DNA of 26,295 nucleotides from a virus: IMG/VR virus record IMGVR_UViG_3300001847_000838, positions 1 through 26,295 of that record. One strand, written 5' to 3'. Positions within the stretch are counted from its first letter, which is position 1. Each line of letters starts with the position of its first letter. A model generated the notes under the pieces. The model saw only the letters and a program-made list of their open reading frames with translations. It did no database searches and had not been told where the DNA came from. Positions 24,554 to 26,295 of the stretch are shown one piece after another. Position numbers and translations under genes: made by a program.

Positions 24554-26134
24554 ATGAGTCGTAAAAATGAGATTGCCTTAGCTTATGCTAAACTAGCTAA
24601 GGCAATTAAAGAATATCCTAGAAGATCAGACCTTAAAAAGAAGGGGATCTCTAGAGATATGGTTAGGGATCACTTTGGTACAATGGAAGATCTTAGGGAT
24701 TACGCTAAAGGGCGTCTCCCTAAGTACTTTGAGAAAGTAATTGATTTAGACATCTTTGATGATGATGCCCATCGCGAATTACAGTCAAAGGTGTTTAAGT
24801 GCAATCGTTTTGTTATAACCACAGCCGTTGCTGGAGCGCCTGCTCACGACAAGTTTTTGTCTTCTATAAAAAAGTATGCGGAAATCAAAAAGGCTATGGT
24901 TTTGGTAATACCAGCAAACTATGCACTAAAAGAGATGGACCCTGATCTTATTGGTGATCCTAACATTCACATAGTCTTTAAACGACTTAGGCTAAATTCA
25001 AACATAATTGTAGACCCAATTAAAATTGACCCTAAACAAGTTGATCCCGTAGTAGGTTTAGATGCTATGGGGCATACGGAAGGAACCTTAATTATAGGCA
25101 GCCCTAAACAAAGGCGTGTTCCTATAGCTAATTCAAATCAAAAATTAGCCAGAATAATTCAAGCTACCGGAGCAATAACTAGACCTAGATATATACCTCG
25201 AGATGGTATACAGAAAAGAAGAGATAGATTGGCTGAAGAGCATCATGTTATGGGCGCTGTGGTAGTAGAAGTTGTAGATGAAAAGTTGTACCATTTTAGA
25301 ATTGTTCAAATGAAAAAAGACGGTTCTTTTAACGATATTTTTTATAACTATTCAAGTAAAGAAAAAAAGTATGTTGGGTGTCTAGCTATAGTTCAGGGAG
25401 ATAAGCATGTAGGTGAAACCGACCCTGAAGTCGATGCGGCAGTTGATGAACTTTGTGCCCTCGGTAAACCAAAATACAGAATACAACACGATTTTGTGTC
25501 TGGTATATCAATAAACCATCACGAAATACGCAATAAAGTTAAAAGAGCTATACTTGCTCGAGAGGGAAAAATTGATCTTGATTCTGAGCTTCGTATGGTA
25601 GCTCAAGAGCTTAACAGAATGCGTGCCCTTAAAACAGCTAAGCATATTGTAATTGTTAAATCAAATCACGATGAGTTTCTTGACCGTTATTTAGCAGAAG
25701 GAAATTTTGATGATCAAAACCGCATAATTTCTACAAAACTTCAGGTTCTTGCCATGGAGGGCAAGGATCCCCTTAAGGCTGGATTAGAAAAATATTATAA
25801 CATTAAGCCGGGCATTGATATTATGTGGCTAGAAAGAGATGAAGATTTTCGGATTGCCGGAATAGAATCTGGATGCCATGGAGATCTTGGGTCTAATGGT
25901 CGCCGGAATCCTGGCGCTAAAGGTATGTATAAAGCCTATGGTAAATGTAACTATGGGCACTGCCATTATGGAGAAATTTGGCATGGGGCTATGTCGTGCG
26001 GTACTTCTAGTTACAAAAAGTTAGGTTACAACAGAGGTTCAAGCTCTTGGGATAATTCTCAAATAGTTGTATACGACGATGGAACTAGGCAGCTTTTAAA
26101 CATCATTAACGGAAATTATGAACTAAAAGATTGA
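24554..26134 (+). CDS. T5 A1-like metallophosphoesterase/nuclease
   Basis: RFVITTA...HDKFLSSIKKY...VLVIP N-domain plus GDKH, HD...SINHH, SNHDEFLDRYL, HGDLGSNG and GHCH motifs, as recalled for phage A1-like proteins. Confidence 0.65.
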   Translation: MSRKNEIALAYAKLAKAIKEYPRRSDLKKKGISRDMVRDHFGTMEDLRDYAKGRLPKYFEKVIDLDIFDDDAHRELQSKVFKCNRFVITTAVAGAPAHDKFLSSIKKYAEIKKAMVLVIPANYALKEMDPDLIGDPNIHIVFKRLRLNSNIIVDPIKIDPKQVDPVVGLDAMGHTEGTLIIGSPKQRRVPIANSNQKLARIIQATGAITRPRYIPRDGIQKRRDRLAEEHHVMGAVVVEVVDEKLYHFRIVQMKKDGSFNDIFYNYSSKEKKYVGCLAIVQGDKHVGETDPEVDAAVDELCALGKPKYRIQHDFVSGISINHHEIRNKVKRAILAREGKIDLDSELRMVAQELNRMRALKTAKHIVIVKSNHDEFLDRYLAEGNFDDQNRIISTKLQVLAMEGKDPLKAGLEKYYNIKPGIDIMWLERDEDFRIAGIESGCHGDLGSNGRRNPGAKGMYKAYGKCNYGHCHYGEIWHGAMSCGTSSYKKLGYNRGSSSWDNSQIVVYDDGTRQLLNIINGNYELKD

Positions 26135-26295
26135 TGATGTCTAAGATAAAAACAATTCCCAAAATAGAAGATTTAGAGCTTGCTAGAGACAAAATACGCT
26201 CTGACATGTCCAATATAAATTTTTACTTAGATAAAGTAAGAGCGGATAGGGCAAGGCTCAATCAAATGCTTAATTACTATAATGATAATGCTTAT
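26134..26295 (+). CDS. 3'-truncated hypothetical protein
   Basis: TGATG coupling to the previous gene. The frame MMSKIKTIPKIEDLELARDKIRSD... stays open to the window end. Confidence 0.6.
   Translation, partial: MMSKIKTIPKIEDLELARDKIRSDMSNINFYLDKVRADRARLNQMLNYYNDNAY

Noticed and set aside
1-26295. Stop-codon reassignment, introns/inteins, tRNAs, CRISPR arrays
   Set aside because: Genes tile densely in code 11 using TAA, TAG and TGA as stops. Conserved enzymes are uninterrupted, and no intergenic gap is long enough for such elements.

Overview
This window is a gene-dense fragment of a large tailed dsDNA phage (Caudoviricetes), read in the standard genetic code. I saw no tRNA, rRNA, CRISPR array, integrase or IS element. 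A divergent junction at about 11529-11592 separates two main arms. The minus-strand head-assembly arm runs: GroEL-like chaperonin, large terminase, beta-rich probable virion protein, portal, Q-rich coiled-coil protein, MuF/gp7-like head morphogenesis protein, M15 peptidase. The plus-strand DNA-metabolism and transcription arm runs: SF2 helicase, sigma70-like factor lacking region 4.2, divergent GroES-like protein, SbcD, a possible small terminase, signal-peptide ClpP-like protease, FmdB-type Zn ribbon, SbcC, HNH nuclease, class II (B12) ribonucleotide reductase, a Gre-CTD/FKBP-like protein, T5 A1-like metallophosphoesterase. At the left end a plus-strand block encodes a DUF6321-like protein and an 815-aa polyvalent protein that fuses an R-S-E ADP-ribosyltransferase-like domain, a degenerate DUF5661-like motif and a PI3/4K/HipA-like kinase domain. 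The most notable observations are that ART-kinase fusion, an apparent phage GroEL plus GroES pair, four sigma70-type promoters placed to give leaderless mRNAs, and an exported ClpP-like protease. All family calls come from recognising motifs by eye; no database searches were run.
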